A DNA stretch of 64,000 nt, taken from NCBI GenBank assembly GCA_963664015.2, contig CAXXLF010000001.1:704001-768000 (forward strand), written 5' to 3'. Position numbers and translations under genes: made by a program. The stretch comes from Candidatus Binatia bacterium (GTDB taxonomy: Bacteria > Desulfobacterota > Binatia > UBA9968 > CAXXLF01). This document shows positions 62,338 through 64,000 of this stretch, piece by piece; position 1 is the stretch's first letter, and every line of letters begins with the position of its first letter. The notes beneath the pieces were generated by a model. It saw only the letters and a program-made list of their open reading frames with translations. It did no database searches and was not told the origin of the DNA.

Positions 62338-62846
62338 CAGAGCACCTCCCCGGTCAAGAGCACGACCACCGGTGAGCTGTAGTCATGGGCAGCGAAGTTG
62401 GCGTCCCGAATCGAACGCTTCAGATCGCTTTTCTTATCGATCACGCGGTAGGGGACCCGGAGTGTGTCCAGCAGAGGCTCCGCCACCTGCTTGAACAACA
62501 GGAGTTGGGAACCTGGTATCCCGCTGTGGTCGCCGATATCGCCCCGGTAGGAAGCCATGATCAGCATGGGCACCCCGTAAACGATGGCCGACTGGGCTAG
62601 AGCCCAGGTCCCCACCATTAAACCGGCGATCCCGGTGACAAACATCACCCTGCGGCCGCCCAGAGCCGCCCCCGCACAAAGGGCAATGCCGTTGCCCTCT
62701 GCAGCCACCGTGAGGGAGGTAAAATAGGAGTCCTCACGAATAGCTTCGGTCAGGGAAAAGGTCGGTTCCTCCGGTAGCGTCACAACCATGTCGACGCCCT
62801 CTTCCTTAAGGGTCTCGATAATCAACTGTCCCGATTGTGGATCCAT
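62334..62846 (-). CDS. ThDP enzyme N-terminal/alpha subunit (ComD-like)
   Basis: LKEEGVD..VTLP, EGNGIALCAGAALGG, SYRGDIG. Confidence 0.82.
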   Translation of the reverse strand: MDPQSGQLIIETLKEEGVDMVVTLPEEPTFSLTEAIREDSYFTSLTVAAEGNGIALCAGAALGGRRVMFVTGIAGLMVGTWALAQSAIVYGVPMLIMASYRGDIGDHSGIPGSQLLLFKQVAEPLLDTLRVPYRVIDKKSDLKRSIRDANFAAHDYSSPVVVLLTGEVLW

Positions 62847-62917
62847 ACTTCTTTTTTATCCTCGCCTTTGAAAGTTTCTGTTGAATTCTAGATTACGGAA
62901 TAGGGAAACAGATGACT

Positions 62918-63126
62918 CCCCTGTGGAATAGCGCTTCGGGTGAACAAGTCGAACTCGGTCGTGTCGGTATTTCACGGGGCGAGCCCCGTGAAATAATGCC
63001 ATGAATAAATAGATAACGCCTCTGTGGAATGGATATTCCACGGGGCGAGCCGCAAAGGCACAAAGGACGCCAAGTTCGGATAAATAGAAAAAATAATTTT
63101 CTTTGCGGGCTTTGCGACTTGGCGCA
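62918..63126. repeat. Nested palindromic REP-like elements
   Basis: Perfect tatttcacggggc-ga-gccccgtgaaata at 62968-62995; a related hairpin at about 63020-63050 sits at the left end of the cgcaaaggcacaaaggacgccaag / ctttgcgggctttgcgacttggcgc pair. Confidence 0.75.
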
Positions 63127-63173
63127 AAAAGATTTTTTGATATTCTTCTGTTGACCATTGTTTCAATAAGAAT

Positions 63174-64000
63174 CTAACGTCCTTTGCCGCCTGGTACGCT
63201 CAGAGTGATTCCATAGCGGTCCCAATCCCGCTCTACCTTGGCTCGAGCCTCGGCCTCGGGCTGACAGACAGCTGGAAAGCTCTTGGAATTGTAACGGGTA
63301 GCGTCGATGATCATCTTAGAACAGCGAGCGGGGCCCGCCTGTTCTTCCGGTGGCAAGGAGGGATCGAGAAAGATCCCCGTGACCTCCCGCAGGATCTCCA
63401 CATCACGGTGGGCCTGCACACGTGTAGCCACCGCCCACTCTACCGCCAGCGAGTCGGTGGGATCCACATCGTGGTCCACCACGGTCACGTGTTTAATGTG
63501 GCGCCCGCTGGGAGAACCCAGCACGGCCATCCCGACCATCTTGCCGTATCCCTCGTAGAGTTTCTCCACCGAGATAACCGCATGAAAGACACCACACCCC
63601 CCCTCGGGGAGATGAATTCCCCGGATGCCGGGCAGCTTGATGGCACGAAGGATCTCCGATTCCTTGCCGATCGCAGTCAGCACGTCGGTTTCATGGGGCG
63701 GAGCGCCTTGATAGGCCAGGTGCTGGATAAAATTCTTGCGATGGGTGATGGCCGTGATGTGAATCGTGGCACGGGGCAGTCTTGGACCGCCATAGTGACC
63801 GGTAAACTCTCCAAATGGACCTTCCTCGCGTTTTTCCGCAGGCCGAACCTCTCCTTCGATAACGATCTCTGCATCCGCAGGGACCTCCAACGGAACTGTT
63901 TTGCACTTGACCATCTCGATAGGTTTGCCGCGAAGCGCCCCGGCCATCGCGAGCTCATCGCTATCAAAAGGGAAAGGGGAGCAGGCAGCCATGACTACCC
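63174..64000 (-). CDS. UbiD-family decarboxylase, 5' end outside window
   Basis: EGPFGEFTGHY, VVDHDVDP...WAVATR, LDPS, KMIIDAT. Confidence 0.92.
   Translation of the reverse strand, partial: VVMAACSPFPFDSDELAMAGALRGKPIEMVKCKTVPLEVPADAEIVIEGEVRPAEKREEGPFGEFTGHYGGPRLPRATIHITAITHRKNFIQHLAYQGAPPHETDVLTAIGKESEILRAIKLPGIRGIHLPEGGCGVFHAVISVEKLYEGYGKMVGMAVLGSPSGRHIKHVTVVDHDVDPTDSLAVEWAVATRVQAHRDVEILREVTGIFLDPSLPPEEQAGPARCSKMIIDATRYNSKSFPAVCQPEAEARAKVERDWDRYGITLSVPGGKGR

Noticed and set aside
12061-62382. Long antisense ORFs (for example 12061..12747, 29174..29884, 45844..46587, 51464..52114, 61717..62382)
   Set aside because: Shadow frames of well-supported genes on the opposite strand.
62856-63166. 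ORFs of 100 aa and 64 aa in the track
   Set aside because: They are translations of the palindromic repeat stack.

Overview
Bacterial chromosomal segment, moderately GC-rich, with no rRNA, tRNA, CRISPR array or intact mobile element that I can see. It is dominated by expanded families of catabolic and transport genes: a Rieske oxygenase, 3 UbiD decarboxylases, 2 xanthine-dehydrogenase-family Mo subunits, several amidohydrolases, ThDP-dependent ComD/ComE-like subunits, HpaB-like and LLM monooxygenases, cupins, 2 PqqC/TenA-like diiron proteins and many stand-alone solute-binding proteins. A few housekeeping genes are also present (era, xth, crcB, mtgA, tupABC). This repertoire resembles Candidatus Binatia / deltaproteobacteria s.l. 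(inference only). Highlights: (1) a DsbA/FrnE selenoprotein with an in-frame UGA in a UxxC motif and a SECIS-like hairpin, which the ORF track truncates; (2) intergenic stacks of unrelated palindromic elements nested inside one another, one clearly inserted into the arm of another; (3) about 15 genes broken by nonsense codons, deletions and frameshifts, indicating real gene decay; (4) divergent enzyme paralogs (PanB-like without the catalytic Glu, HpaB-like, SDG-motif ThDP enzymes, signal-less SBP-fold proteins) in clusters that suggest uncharacterised catabolic pathways. All family assignments come from motif recognition by eye; no database search was run.
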